Shown here in pieces: positions 9,276 to 19,425 of a stretch of DNA of 42,645 nucleotides. The translations under genes and the position numbers were made by a program. Under the pieces are notes generated by a model, which did no database searches, had not been told where the DNA came from, and was given only the letters and a program-made list of their open reading frames with translations. Each line of letters begins with the position of its first letter. The first letter of the stretch is position 1. The DNA lies in sequence record SRR20825010_807; one strand, written 5' to 3'.

Positions 9276-12125
9276 TTAAAGTTTACGCTTCACTTCACGC
9301 TCCTCAAATCCTTCAATTATATCGCCTTCTTTAATGTCATTAAAATTCTTGATAGAAACACCACACTCGTAACCGTTTTTCACCTCAGCTACATCGTCCT
9401 TGAATCTTCTCAACTGATTGATTTCCCCTGTATGAACAACAATTCCATCTCTCACCAAACGCACGCGGTTCGATCTTTTCACAGCTCCTTCAGTAACGTA
9501 ACAACCCGCTACCGTTCCCACTTTTGTGATTTTATAAACCTCACGAACTTCTATATTACCTGTGATGATTTCCTCCGAAGTTGGTTCAAGCATGCCTTCC
9601 ATCGCATCCTTCACGTCGTTGATTGCATCATAAATAATTGAATACAATCGAATTTCGATTTCCTCGTTCTCAGCAATTCTTCGTGCCTGAGAAGATGGTC
9701 TCACCTGGAATCCGACAATAACCGCATCAGAAGCAGACGCCAGCAACACATCCGATTCAGATATCTGCCCAACTGCCTTATGAATGATATTTACCTGAAC
9801 TTCGCCAGTTGAAAGTTTTAATAATGAATCAGAAAGGGCTTCAATAGATCCATCCACATCACCTTTTACGATTACATTAAGTTCTTTGAAACTACCTATA
9901 GCCAATCTTCTACCAATTTCATCAAGGGTAATGTGTTTCTTGGTACGAATCGATTGTTCCCTTTGGATTTGCTCCCTCTTCACAGCAATCTCTCTCGCTT
10001 CACGATCCGATTCCATTACATTGAATCGATCTCCCGCTTGTGGAGCACCACCCAAACCAAGCATCAACACAGGTGTAGATGGACCTGCTGTGGCCATTTT
10101 ATTCCCTCTATGATCAAACATGGCCTTTACCTTGCCAAAATGTGATCCGGCCAGAACTACATCTCCGACTTTCATCACTCCGGCTTGAACCATAAGCGTG
10201 GTTACGTATCCCCGTCCTTTATCCAATGAGGCCTCCACTACCGTACCAACAGCTCCTTTGTTCGGGTTGGCCTTCAGTTCAAGAAGTTCTGCTTCTAGCA
10301 AAACCTTGTCCAAAAGGTCATCAATACCGTCTCCGGTCTTGGCAGACACGTGCTGACACTGGTACTTTCCACCCCAATCCTCTACCAAAATATTGATAGC
10401 AGCGAGTTCTTCTTTGATTTTTTCAGGGTTCGCATTCGGCTTATCCACTTTGTTGATTGCGATTACAATCGGAACGCCCGCAACCTGGGCATGATTTATC
10501 GCTTCTTTCGTCTGTGGCATTACACCATCATCAGCCGCTACGACGATAATTGCTATATCCGTGATTTTTGCTCCACGCGCCCTCATGGCCGTAAATGCCT
10601 CGTGACCCGGTGTATCAAGGAATGCAATTCGCTTTCCTCCCTCTGTGGTCACATCATAAGCTCCAATGTGCTGTGTGATACCACCAGCCTCGCCAGCAGT
10701 TACTTTCGCATCGCGGATAAAGTCAAGTAAAGATGTTTTACCATGATCCACGTGACCCATTATGGTTACAATAGGTGCTCTATCCTCCAGAGAGGTCGCT
10801 TCATCCACTTCTTCGATTACCTCCGTTTCATCGTCCGATGTAGTGAAATGAATATCGAAACCAAATTCATCAGCTATAACAGTGATCGACTCAGCATCTA
10901 AACGTTGGTTGATCGAAACGAACATACCAAGGGACATACACGTGGAAATAACGTCGTTTACCGAAACATCCATTAAGGATGCAAGGTCGCTCGCGGAAAT
11001 AAATTCCGTGACTCTGAGGATTTTTGATTCCTCATCCTCCGCCTGCAGTCTTTCTTCCTCAGCCTCCGCCTTGGCAGACCGTTTGTCCTTTCTGTATTTT
11101 GATCGGTTACCAGTAGTTGAGCCCTTGCCGCCACTAAGTTTGGCTAGCGTGGCTTTAATCTTATCCTGGATTTCTTTATCTGTGAGCTCTTCCGTTTTAC
11201 GCGTATCTCGTACTCCTCGACCGGCAGCTGGCCGCACAGGCCCTCTTCGTGTATCAGCAGGAGCACTGGTTCGTGCTTCTCCTGCACTGCTAATTCTTTT
11301 CCTAGGTCGCTTCTTCTTCCTGTCTTTATCCTGATCAGAGGATGCCACGGGCTTAGGTTTCTTATCCTTGGGCAACTCGATTTTTCCAAGAACCGTCAAT
11401 CCTTTCAAAGAATCCGCTTTTGCTTCTATCAGTGAGCTTTTTGGTGCTTCAACAGGCGCCTCAGGAGCCTTTGCTTCTGCCATTTTTTTGGCAGGCTCTT
11501 CTTTAACTTTAGGTGGCGTTTCTGGTTCCGGTTTTACTTCCGGCTCAGCCGCCTTTACCTCTTTTACTTCTTCAGCGGGTTTTTCTACCGCTGGGGTTTC
11601 CTCCGTTTTCTTTTCAGCGACTGGGGGCTCGACAGCAGGTGTCGGCTCTTTAGGTGCTTCAACAACCGGAGCAGCCTTGGTCTCAACCTTTTCTTCTACA
11701 GGTTTTTCGGCTGGCTGTTTCTTACCGACTTGGCCAAGGTCAATTTTACCAACAACCTTGGGTCCTTCTAAAATTGTCCTGCTTGTTAATCTCGGACTAT
11801 TTTCCGGTTCCTTGGAAACACTATTATCCTTTATCAGGATTTCCTCGTCATCGGAAGAATCAGTATGTTTTTCTGCGTTTTCGGACTTGATAACTACGTT
11901 ATCAGTATGGCTTGAACCTATGGTCAAGCCTGACGCTTCTTCCTTATCCAAAGCGGAGGAAGCAAACTCCCGAGCCAGCAAAACATACTGTTCATGAGTA
12001 ATTTTAGAATTTGGACTCGTTTCCACTTCATATCCTTTGTCGGATAAGAAGTCGACGATCGTCCCGATTCCAACATTAAGCTTACGCGCTAATTGGCCTA
12101 ACCGTTGAGTTCTTTCTTCTGCCAT
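9276..12125 (-). CDS. infB: Translation initiation factor IF-2
   Basis: [26 protein letters not shown] and NKVD motifs; follows nusA. Confidence 0.99.
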   Translation of the reverse strand: MAEERTQRLGQLARKLNVGIGTIVDFLSDKGYEVETSPNSKITHEQYVLLAREFASSALDKEEASGLTIGSSHTDNVVIKSENAEKHTDSSDDEEILIKDNSVSKEPENSPRLTSRTILEGPKVVGKIDLGQVGKKQPAEKPVEEKVETKAAPVVEAPKEPTPAVEPPVAEKKTEETPAVEKPAEEVKEVKAAEPEVKPEPETPPKVKEEPAKKMAEAKAPEAPVEAPKSSLIEAKADSLKGLTVLGKIELPKDKKPKPVASSDQDKDRKKKRPRKRISSAGEARTSAPADTRRGPVRPAAGRGVRDTRKTEELTDKEIQDKIKATLAKLSGGKGSTTGNRSKYRKDKRSAKAEAEEERLQAEDEESKILRVTEFISASDLASLMDVSVNDVISTCMSLGMFVSINQRLDAESITVIADEFGFDIHFTTSDDETEVIEEVDEATSLEDRAPIVTIMGHVDHGKTSLLDFIRDAKVTAGEAGGITQHIGAYDVTTEGGKRIAFLDTPGHEAFTAMRARGAKITDIAIIVVAADDGVMPQTKEAINHAQVAGVPIVIAINKVDKPNANPEKIKEELAAINILVEDWGGKYQCQHVSAKTGDGIDDLLDKVLLEAELLELKANPNKGAVGTVVEASLDKGRGYVTTLMVQAGVMKVGDVVLAGSHFGKVKAMFDHRGNKMATAGPSTPVLMLGLGGAPQAGDRFNVMESDREAREIAVKREQIQREQSIRTKKHITLDEIGRRLAIGSFKELNVIVKGDVDGSIEALSDSLLKLSTGEVQVNIIHKAVGQISESDVLLASASDAVIVGFQVRPSSQARRIAENEEIEIRLYSIIYDAINDVKDAMEGMLEPTSEEIITGNIEVREVYKITKVGTVAGCYVTEGAVKRSNRVRLVRDGIVVHTGEINQLRRFKDDVAEVKNGYECGVSIKNFNDIKEGDIIEGFEEREVKRKL

Positions 12126-12158
12126 ATAATTTTTTGCTCTTATATACTATAATCGCTG

Positions 12159-13400
12159 TTATTCAAATTCCTGCTTAAATACTTTAAGCAAATCGTCAAT
12201 TGTTTCTTCTTCTAAATCTGTTCTTCTCACTAATTCTTCCTTAGATAAAGTCAGAACGCTTTTTGCCGTATCCAGACCTATTCTTTTTAGCTCGTCAATA
12301 ACCCAATCCTCGATTTCGTCCGCAAATTCGTTAATATCTACGTCTTCATCCTCAAATTCTCCTAATTCTCTGAATACATCAATTTCAAGACCTACTAGTC
12401 GGGACGCCAGTTTGATGTTTTGACCACCCTTTCCAATAGCGAGTGAAACCTGATCCGGTTTCAGATAAACTGAAACACGATCCTTGGCCTCACTGATTTT
12501 CATGCTCTGGATTTTCGCCGGGCTTAGTGCCCTGGTGATATAAAGTTCGAGGTTATCCGTAAAATTGATAACATCAATATTTTCATTTTGTAATTCACGA
12601 ACGATAGAATGAATTCTAGATCCTTTCATACCAACACATGCTCCAACCGGATCAATTCTATCATCGTAAGATTCTACGGCCACCTTGGCTCTTTCCCCTG
12701 GCTCCCGAACCACCTTTTTCATCGTAATCAAACCATCATAAACCTCCGGTACTTCACTTTCAAAAAGCCTTTCAAGGAAAATAGGAGATGTTCTGGAAAG
12801 AATAATTTTAGGGTTTCCGTTCACCATTTCAACACGGTTCACAATTGCCCTTACTGAGTCTCCTTTGCGGTAACGATCCTTAGAGATTTGCTCATTTTTA
12901 GGAAGGTTCAATTCATTGCCTTCACCGTCTATAAGCAAGACTTCTCTGCTCAGGATTTGATAAACTTCACCAACAATAATTTCTCCTACAAGGTCTTTGT
13001 ATTTATCAAAAAGAATATCCTTTTCCAGATCCTTGATTTTTTGAATCAAGGTCTGTCTGGCTGTCATTACTGCTCTTCTCCCGAAATCAATAAGTTTGAT
13101 CTCTTCTGAAACTTCTTCACCTATTTCAAAATCCGGCTCTATTAGTCGGGCTTCCGAAAGGCTAATCTTATCATGATCCCAAATATCTTCAGAGTTGTCG
13201 TCGACAATTTCGCGAAACCTCCAAATCTCAAGGTCACCACTATCTGTGTTGATGATAATATCAAAGTTGTCGTCAACTTTGTATTTCTTTCGGATCATAG
13301 TACGAAAAACATCCTCAAGAATCCTGATCATTGTGGGGCGATCAATGTTCTTGCCTCTTGCGAAATCCGCAAACGAATCAATTAAAATCCCGTTATCCAT
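12159..13400 (-). CDS. nusA: Transcription termination/antitermination factor NusA
   Basis: FGRRAV, REPGERAKVAV, DPVGACVGMKGSRI and AIGKGGQN motifs. Confidence 0.99.
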   Translation of the reverse strand: MDNGILIDSFADFARGKNIDRPTMIRILEDVFRTMIRKKYKVDDNFDIIINTDSGDLEIWRFREIVDDNSEDIWDHDKISLSEARLIEPDFEIGEEVSEEIKLIDFGRRAVMTARQTLIQKIKDLEKDILFDKYKDLVGEIIVGEVYQILSREVLLIDGEGNELNLPKNEQISKDRYRKGDSVRAIVNRVEMVNGNPKIILSRTSPIFLERLFESEVPEVYDGLITMKKVVREPGERAKVAVESYDDRIDPVGACVGMKGSRIHSIVRELQNENIDVINFTDNLELYITRALSPAKIQSMKISEAKDRVSVYLKPDQVSLAIGKGGQNIKLASRLVGLEIDVFRELGEFEDEDVDINEFADEIEDWVIDELKRIGLDTAKSVLTLSKEELVRRTDLEEETIDDLLKVFKQEFE

Positions 13401-13401
13401 A

Positions 13402-13872
13402 TTATTTGAATGATACTAAAACTTTTGAACTTTCTATTTGCTCGAAATCAATGCTTAAGGAACTTGTCTTCTTCTTTTCACTTATTAGAAGTACAATCCC
13501 TTTGTCATTAACCTCGGTTAATTCACCTTCTATTGTCTGTCCGTCATTAAGTGCTAGCTTCAACGACCGTCCGACATTCTTTTTATATTGTCTCAGAAAC
13601 CTCAACGGCTGATCAATTCCAGCAGATGACACTTCCAGGTGATACTTGCCTTCTATAAGATCGTTTTCTTCCAAAACGGCAGAAAGTCGTCTGCTTACAG
13701 AAACACACTTATCGATACTCACTCCATTATCGCCATCCAGGCTTATCAATAACCTTTGGTTTCCGAAGCTCCCCTTCAAAGAAATCTCTACAATAAACAA
13801 GGAAGAATCCTCGGAAATGTAGCCTTCTACATAGCTCTGAATTTGCTGCTCCAATTGCTTCTGCTCAACCAT
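13402..13872 (-). CDS. rimP: Ribosome maturation factor RimP
   Basis: GVSIDKC and YHLEVSSAGIDQPL motifs; directly upstream of nusA. Confidence 0.97.
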   Translation of the reverse strand: MVEQKQLEQQIQSYVEGYISEDSSLFIVEISLKGSFGNQRLLISLDGDNGVSIDKCVSVSRRLSAVLEENDLIEGKYHLEVSSAGIDQPLRFLRQYKKNVGRSLKLALNDGQTIEGELTEVNDKGIVLLISEKKKTSSLSIDFEQIESSKVLVSFK

Positions 13873-13880
13873 CGATTAAT

Positions 13881-13908
13881 AATAAAAAGAGGGGACTTGC
13901 GTCCCCTC
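13881..13908 (-). promoter_or_regulatory. rimP leader terminator/attenuator hairpin
   Basis: Minus strand GAGGGGAC-GCAA-GTCCCCTC-TTTTTATT between the promoter and the rimP start: 8-bp GC-rich stem, GNRA loop and U tract. Confidence 0.8.
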
Positions 13909-13920
13909 GAACCTATATTC

Positions 13921-13928
13921 TATATTTG
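13921..13928 (+). promoter_or_regulatory. Candidate -7 element for cysS
   Basis: TATATTTG matches TAnnTTTG, about 100 nt upstream of cysS. The -33 region is imperfect (CTTG). Confidence 0.5.
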
Positions 13929-13933
13929 CGTTG

Positions 13934-13964
13934 CAAAGCTAACAGAAAAAAAACTCATTTCAAA
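13934..13964 (-). promoter_or_regulatory. Bacteroidota primary-sigma promoter of the rimP operon
   Basis: Minus strand TTTG (13964-13961), 19-nt spacer, TAGCTTTG (13941-13934): full -33/-7 consensus. Confidence 0.8.
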
Positions 13965-14030
13965 TTAGCTTAAAAACAAACTATCAGGCGCCCTGTTATT
14001 CAGAACGCGCTAATACTTAAGATTTTATCT

Positions 14031-15509
14031 ATGATCGGAAAGCTCCGTGTGGTCAATTCTTTAACCAAAGAGAAGGAGATTTTTGAACCACTCAACCCAC
14101 CCCACGTTGGCATGTATGTTTGTGGGCCAACAGTTTACAGTGATGTCCATCTGGGAAATGTGCGGACTTTTATCTCATTCGACATTGTATACCGGTATCT
14201 AAAATTTCTGGGTTACAACGTGCGCTACGTACGGAATATCACGGATGTAGGCCATCTTTTGGACGATTCTGAGGAAGACAAAATATCCAAAAGGGCGAAA
14301 CTTGAGAATTTAGAACCTATGGAAATTGTTCAGAAATACACGAATGACTTTCATAAAGTGATGCAAACCTTCAATGCCCTTGAACCCGATATCGAACCTG
14401 CTGCTACGGGCCATTTGATGGAACAATTAGTGATGATCGATGATTTGGTCAGTCGTGGATATGCCTACGAATCGAACGGATCCGTCTATTTTGACATAGA
14501 AAAATTCAATAAAGAATTTTCCTACGGCAAGCTTAGCGGCCGAAAAACGGAGGATTTGTTGAACCAAACCAGAGAATTGGACGGTCAATCGGACAAAAGG
14601 AATCCGCTGGATTTTGCTCTCTGGAAAAAGGCCGCTCCGGAACATATAATGAAGTGGTCAACTAAGTGGAGCGACGGCTTCCCAGGCTGGCATTTGGAAT
14701 GTTCAGCTATGAGCACAAAGTACCTAGGTGAAGAATTTGATATCCACGGAGGTGGCATGGATTTGAAGTTTCCACACCACGAGTGCGAAATAGCACAGAA
14801 TGCGGGAACACATGGAAAGGAAGGTGCCAAATACTGGATCCACACCAATATGCTGACTGTGAATGGCACCAAAATGAGTAAATCTTTGGGCAACTCATTT
14901 CTTCCAAGAGAATTGATGTCTGGAGATCATAAATTGCTCGATCGAGGCTATAGCCCCATGACCATTCGATTTTTCATGCTACAATCTCATTATGCAAGCA
15001 CGCTCGACTTCTCGAACGATGCGCTGAACGCGGCTCATAAAGGATACATGAAACTTGCCAATGGACTCAGATACATCAAAGGCCTTGAGTTTTCGGGCAA
15101 TGAGGAAATTGATGAAAAACAGGTTGAGCAAATCAAAAAGATTTGCGAAAATTGTCACCATGCGATGAACGACGATTTCAACACCGCCCTTACCATCGGA
15201 CACCTTTTCAATCTGCTAAAGAAAATCAACTCGATCCAAACAGGGCAATTGCCCCTGGAGCAGGTTGGTTTGGATGCTTTCGAGCTTATGAAATCAACTT
15301 TTATCAACTTCGCTGAAGATGTACTCGGTTTAAAGCTGGAATCGAATCTTAATGGCGAAAAGCTTGTGAATGTAATTCTGGCAGAATACAAACAAGCCAA
15401 AGAGGAAAAAAATTATGAAAAAGTCGATTCTCTAAGAAGTCAACTCAAAGATTTGGGGATAATTGTAAAGGATATGAAAACCCGGATTGACTGGGCGTTC
15501 GAAGAATAA
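14031..15509 (+). CDS. cysS: Cysteine--tRNA ligase
   Basis: MYVCGPTVY, HLGN (HIGH motif), PGWHLECSAMS, HGGGMDLKFPHHECE and KMSKS motifs. Confidence 0.99.
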   Translation: MIGKLRVVNSLTKEKEIFEPLNPPHVGMYVCGPTVYSDVHLGNVRTFISFDIVYRYLKFLGYNVRYVRNITDVGHLLDDSEEDKISKRAKLENLEPMEIVQKYTNDFHKVMQTFNALEPDIEPAATGHLMEQLVMIDDLVSRGYAYESNGSVYFDIEKFNKEFSYGKLSGRKTEDLLNQTRELDGQSDKRNPLDFALWKKAAPEHIMKWSTKWSDGFPGWHLECSAMSTKYLGEEFDIHGGGMDLKFPHHECEIAQNAGTHGKEGAKYWIHTNMLTVNGTKMSKSLGNSFLPRELMSGDHKLLDRGYSPMTIRFFMLQSHYASTLDFSNDALNAAHKGYMKLANGLRYIKGLEFSGNEEIDEKQVEQIKKICENCHHAMNDDFNTALTIGHLFNLLKKINSIQTGQLPLEQVGLDAFELMKSTFINFAEDVLGLKLESNLNGEKLVNVILAEYKQAKEEKNYEKVDSLRSQLKDLGIIVKDMKTRIDWAFEE

Positions 15510-15544
15510 AAAAATAAGATCTGAATAATCAGATCTTATTTTTT
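15509..15544. terminator. Perfect inverted repeat between cysS and the convergent small ORF (probable bidirectional terminator)
   Basis: AAAAAATAAGATCTGA-ATAA-TCAGATCTTATTTTTT, 16-bp arms. Confidence 0.7.
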
Positions 15545-15723
15545 GGCTTCAGTTTGCTTTTCACAAACAAGGAAACGGTTAATACCGAAAACAAAACGCC
15601 CAACGCGAGAATAATGATGTCTGCTTTGGTAACAACATAGGCATAAAAAAAGCAACATGCCATTACAAGGGCTATCAACACAGATACCAGCTTGTAGTTT
15701 TTACTTAGTAAATCTTTGTCCAT
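15529..15723 (-). CDS. Small hypothetical membrane protein (64 aa, two TM helices)
   Basis: MDKDLLSKNYKLVSVLIALVMACCFFYAYVV-TKAD-IIILALGVLFSVLTVSLFV-KSKLKPKNKI: helical hairpin with a basic tail. Start moved to ATG 15723, which has an A-rich upstream context. Confidence 0.6.
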   Translation of the reverse strand: MDKDLLSKNYKLVSVLIALVMACCFFYAYVVTKADIIILALGVLFSVLTVSLFVKSKLKPKNKI

Positions 15724-15830
15724 AATTTTAAAATATTCGCAAAGATTCATCGGAAAATCGAAATTATTTTTAATGTGAATAAAAATATTTTTTGAGGGTA
15801 AAAGTGTCTCAACCTATGTATCCACAAATA

Positions 15831-15859
15831 AAAAAAGGTGCCATTTGGACACCTTTTTT
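15831..15859 (-). terminator. Terminator after hpf
   Basis: AAAAAAGGTG-CC-ATTT-GG-A-CACCTTTTTT stem with T tracts on both strands. Confidence 0.8.
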
Positions 15860-15879
15860 ACTATCTAAATCTTCCCGAA

Positions 15880-16179
15880 TTAATGGGTAAGTAATTTTTC
15901 CTTGTGTTTTTTCAGCTGCCTTCTCAACCCTTCGACCGCCTCATCCGCAGCGGCTTCAAATGATTTTGATTTTTCTTTTACGAAAAGTTGATTTCCCGGA
16001 ATGTTTATTTTAATCTCGAGATGCTTATTTTCCCTGCTTGCGTCTCCCTCCACTTTCATTATCACTTCTCCGTCAATGATTCTGTCATAAAAGGTGTCCA
16101 ACTTGTCTGCTTTTTTCTGAATGAAATCTACCAGTTTCTGATCTGCGTCGAAGTGGATGGAATGCATTTGTAATTTCAT
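15880..16179 (-). CDS. hpf: Ribosome hibernation promoting factor HPF/RaiA
   Basis: SIHFDADQKL...KSFEAAADEAVEGLRRQLKKHKEK; sits in the rpsU-xerC-raiA order common in Bacteroidota. Confidence 0.93.
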   Translation of the reverse strand: MKLQMHSIHFDADQKLVDFIQKKADKLDTFYDRIIDGEVIMKVEGDASRENKHLEIKINIPGNQLFVKEKSKSFEAAADEAVEGLRRQLKKHKEKLLTH

Positions 16180-16205
16180 GACTTTTAAAATTTAAAGATT
16201 AAACA

Positions 16206-17084
16206 TTATGCTCGAGGATGGGCCAAATCAAACGCTGATTTAAGCTTCTCCATTGAATTATGCGTATAAACTTGCGTTGCGGCTAGACTCGAATGCCCTA
16301 ACAGATCTTTTACCGCGTTAAGATCTGCTCCTTTATCTAACAGATGTGTTGCAAATGTGTGCCTCAGAACGTGAGGGCTAGCTTTTGATAAGGTGGTGAC
16401 CAATTCCAAGTACTTTTTAACTGTTCTGTAAACCAACATCGGATAGAGTTGTTCGCCTGAATCTGTGACTAAGAAATACTCCGTGTCTATTCCAAATTCA
16501 TACTTTCGGATGGCGAGGTATTCCTTGATTACTTTAACGAACGAATCGCTGATTGGTATGACTCTTTCTTTGTTTCTTTTTCCTAAAACTTTAATTGACC
16601 CCTGAAAAAAATTAATTTGATTGTCTTTGAGGTTTATCAACTCTGAGAGACGAATGCCGGTGGCATAGAGCAACTCCAAAATAGTTTTGTCACGAAGGCC
16701 CGAAAAATCTCCAGTAAAGTCTATTTGATCAAGCAACACATTCATTTCGCTCACGCGGACGAAAGATGGAAGCTTTTTTTCCGTTTTTAACGGCTTGAGA
16801 CGGCTCGCAGGATTTTGATCCAGATATTCTCTGGCCTGAAGGTATTTATAAAAAGACTTGAGGGAGGCAATCTTTCGATTGACTGATTGTGGTGCTATTT
16901 TGGATTCTATCAGACTGACGATCCAACTGCGCAAAACAGAGTGATTGACCTGAAGCAAATCTTTCAGGTCATAAGTTTCCTCTAAATAGGATTGAAGTTG
17001 ATTTAAGTCCTTCTGGTAGGCCGCAAGCGTGTGGACGCTGTATCGTTTTTCGTATTGAAGGTACTTAATAAAGGATTCAATCAT
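16206..17084 (-). CDS. xerC: Tyrosine recombinase, XerC-like
   Basis: ATGIRLSEL, GKRNKER, HVLRHTFATHLL, LLGH and TQVYTH catalytic residues; housekeeping gene context. Confidence 0.9.
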   Translation of the reverse strand: MIESFIKYLQYEKRYSVHTLAAYQKDLNQLQSYLEETYDLKDLLQVNHSVLRSWIVSLIESKIAPQSVNRKIASLKSFYKYLQAREYLDQNPASRLKPLKTEKKLPSFVRVSEMNVLLDQIDFTGDFSGLRDKTILELLYATGIRLSELINLKDNQINFFQGSIKVLGKRNKERVIPISDSFVKVIKEYLAIRKYEFGIDTEYFLVTDSGEQLYPMLVYRTVKKYLELVTTLSKASPHVLRHTFATHLLDKGADLNAVKDLLGHSSLAATQVYTHNSMEKLKSAFDLAHPRA

Positions 17085-17088
17085 AAAC

Positions 17089-17113
17089 TAGTATTCCCGA
17101 TGGGGGAATACTA
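17089..17113 (-). terminator. Hairpin between rpsU and xerC
   Basis: TAGTATTCCC-(5 nt)-GGGAATACTA, a perfect 10-bp stem ending 4 nt before the xerC ATG. Confidence 0.6.
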
Positions 17114-17149
17114 ACTTAATGATTTAATGTCAGAAATCCTCGCGGGGAT

Positions 17150-17344
17150 TTATAAATTTTCCTTGTCTCTAAGACCTTGCTTATAGCTCGCCTTAAGCAC
17201 CTCTGTTCTTCTTTTGATAGAAGGTTTAGTGAAAGCGGTTCTTTCTCTAAGTGCTCTTAGAACGCCAGTCTTTTCGAATTTCTTTTTAAATCTTTTTAGA
17301 GCCTTATCGATAGACTCATTTTCTTTTACGTTGACTATAATCAT
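17150..17344 (-). CDS. rpsU: 30S ribosomal protein bS21
   Basis: ESIDKALKRFKKK...FTKPSIKRR; Tyr at position 54. Confidence 0.98.
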   Translation of the reverse strand: MIIVNVKENESIDKALKRFKKKFEKTGVLRALRERTAFTKPSIKRRTEVLKASYKQGLRDKENL

Positions 17345-17369
17345 CGTTTGTGTTTTCTATTTGAGCCTG

Positions 17370-17400
17370 CAAAATTAGTTGAAAAACAATACGTTCCAAA
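17370..17400 (-). promoter_or_regulatory. rpsU promoter
   Basis: Minus strand TTTG (17400-17397), 19-nt spacer, TAATTTTG (17377-17370). Confidence 0.8.
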
Positions 17401-17403
17401 AGT

Positions 17404-18558
17404 TTACGCCAATACTTCTCGTGAAATCACAATTTTCTGAATCTCAGAGGTGCCTTCACCAATAGTGCATAGCTTGGAATCGCGATAATATTTCTCCGCC
17501 GGATAGTCCTTGGTGTAGCCATAGCCCCCAAAAATCTGAACAGCTTCATTGGCCAGTTCCACACAAATTTCTGAGGAATAAAGCTTGGCCATAGCTGAAA
17601 TCTTAGTCACTGATTCTCCACGATTTTTCAAATCAGCAGAGCGAAAGGTCAAAAGCTCGGCAGCTTCAAGCTTAGTAGCCATTTCAGCCAATTTGAAGGA
17701 TATGCCTTGAAATGAAGCGATGGGCTTACCAAATTGCTCCCGCTCTTTCGCATAGTTAACCGATGCTTTTAAGGCTCCTTTAGCTATTCCACAGGACAAA
17801 GCAGCAATGGAAATTCTGCCTCCGTCCAATACCTTTAGCGACTGTACAAATCCATCGCCCACTTTGCCAATGATGTTTTCTTTAGGTATTCTGCAATCCT
17901 CAAAAATCATCTCTGCTGTCTCGGAGCAGCGCATCCCCAGTTTATTCTCCTTTCTTCCTCCTTTAAACCCAGGTATTCCCCGCTCTACTATAAAAGCGGA
18001 AGCATTTCTGGGTTGTCCGGCTTCTCCCGTTCTGGCGATGACCACAGCCACATCTGAGGAAATGCCATGGGTGATGAAATTTTTCGCACCATTTAAGACC
18101 CAGTGATCGCCATCCAGGACGGCCGTCGTTTTCATGTTGCCTGCATCTGATCCGGTATTCGGTTCTGTCAGTCCCCAAGCGCCCAGCCATTCGCAGGTAG
18201 CCAGTTTGGGTAAATATTTTTTCTTCTGTGCTTCGCTTGCATGTTGCAGAATGTGCCCCGTGCAAAGACTGTTATGAGCGGCCATGGAGAGACCAATCGA
18301 ACCGTCTATACTACCCAATTCGATGATGGCAGTAACGTATTCATTGTAGCCAAAACCTGAACCGCCATATTCCTGAGGAACTAAGACGCCCATAAGCCCT
18401 AAGTTGCCAAGTTCTTTGAAAACCTTAATTGGGAACTCCTGAGACTCATCCCATTCCATTTTGAAAGGTTCAATATTTCTCCAACCAAAATCCCGGATCA
18501 TTTCGGCGATCATCGTTTGGTTCTCCTGTGTCTGCATTTCGTTTGTATGTACATTCAT
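17404..18558 (-). CDS. Acyl-CoA dehydrogenase
   Basis: GLTEPNTGSDA, LNGAKNFITHG, REQFGKPI, QIFGGYGY and IGEGTSEIQ motifs. Confidence 0.96.
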   Translation of the reverse strand: MNVHTNEMQTQENQTMIAEMIRDFGWRNIEPFKMEWDESQEFPIKVFKELGNLGLMGVLVPQEYGGSGFGYNEYVTAIIELGSIDGSIGLSMAAHNSLCTGHILQHASEAQKKKYLPKLATCEWLGAWGLTEPNTGSDAGNMKTTAVLDGDHWVLNGAKNFITHGISSDVAVVIARTGEAGQPRNASAFIVERGIPGFKGGRKENKLGMRCSETAEMIFEDCRIPKENIIGKVGDGFVQSLKVLDGGRISIAALSCGIAKGALKASVNYAKEREQFGKPIASFQGISFKLAEMATKLEAAELLTFRSADLKNRGESVTKISAMAKLYSSEICVELANEAVQIFGGYGYTKDYPAEKYYRDSKLCTIGEGTSEIQKIVISREVLA

Positions 18559-18636
18559 TTGTAAGGGGTGTTTAATGAACGGGGGTAATATATACGTTTG
18601 TTTGCTGAAATAGATAGGTGAATTTACGAGTGGTGA

Positions 18637-19425
18637 TTAATCAGGATTTTGAGCTTCATTGAGCTTCCAGTCATAGTCCTTAAATCCTATTTCGGTTTCT
18701 CCTGTGATCACAACATCGGCGTAGAGATTAATAAAGTCAATCAACAAGCCCTCCTTTTCAAAATCACCGGAAAACCAACTGAATATTTTTGAGAGGTCTG
18801 CCTTTTGGGCGCTAATATCATTTCGGAAATCATCGTTAATAAAAGTGTAAGCCTGCTCTTCTAGTTGACTTTCGAGCTTTTCGGCAGTATAAGCTTCATT
18901 CCTCAATTTGGGGCATGACATGGAGGCACAATTGATAGCAAAGTGAATGCGCGGTTCATTCCAGTTTTTGCGAAGAATATTATGCTCGATATTATTCAGA
19001 TCGTATTCCTTTCCGGCGATGATGATGAATTTAATATCCCAGGGTGAGTTAACAAAAGGAATCTGGATGCTGCTGCCGATATCCTTTATACTTCTTAAGG
19101 GATAATGACAAAGGATTAAATCGATTGTGAAGGCATTGTATGCGTTGATCCAATAAGCTAATTGTTCATCTTCTGTCCAGTTTTTATCGTTTGGTGCATT
19201 TTCCGAAAGAAGTTTTAAATAAGACTTAAGTGAATCTCGTCCGGTTAAGAATCCGACATAATTAACCAATCCCTCTTCATTCACATGAGATTGGAGCAAA
19301 TCATCAAAAAGAGCATGTGAAACAGGCCGTGTTCCTTCTTGTTGTGGCTTCACGCTTCCGCAAGCCAACATGGAAATAAAACACAGTGACCAAATACTAT
19401 TTTTCAAAAACGGCGTATCTTTCAT
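18637..19425 (-). CDS. DUF547 domain lipoprotein
   Basis: Lipobox MLAC; LAYWINAYNA and EPRIHFAINCASMSCP motifs; C-terminal YDWKLN. Confidence 0.88.
   Translation of the reverse strand: MKDTPFLKNSIWSLCFISMLACGSVKPQQEGTRPVSHALFDDLLQSHVNEEGLVNYVGFLTGRDSLKSYLKLLSENAPNDKNWTEDEQLAYWINAYNAFTIDLILCHYPLRSIKDIGSSIQIPFVNSPWDIKFIIIAGKEYDLNNIEHNILRKNWNEPRIHFAINCASMSCPKLRNEAYTAEKLESQLEEQAYTFINDDFRNDISAQKADLSKIFSWFSGDFEKEGLLIDFINLYADVVITGETEIGFKDYDWKLNEAQNPD

Noticed and set aside
10882..11997. Long plus-strand ORFs antisense to infB (150 aa and 209 aa)
   Set aside because: Shadow frames of the low-complexity Glu/Lys/Pro/Ala-rich IF2 linker. The same reasoning applies to the other short antisense ORFs in the track.
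6099..15810. Shared 11-mer AAAAGTGTCTC in two intergenic regions (near 6100 and 15800)
   Set aside because: Many 11-mer matches are expected by chance in 42 kb, and the flanks do not extend the match.
16206..17084. Tyrosine recombinase as a prophage or island integrase
   Set aside because: It sits in the housekeeping rpsU-xerC-hpf context, and I saw no att repeats, tRNA or cargo genes.
18544..18606. Near-palindrome TGTATGTACATTCA and half-site CAAACAAACG at the acyl-CoA dehydrogenase start as TetR/FadR operators
   Set aside because: Short, imperfect and AT-rich, with no cognate regulator in the window.
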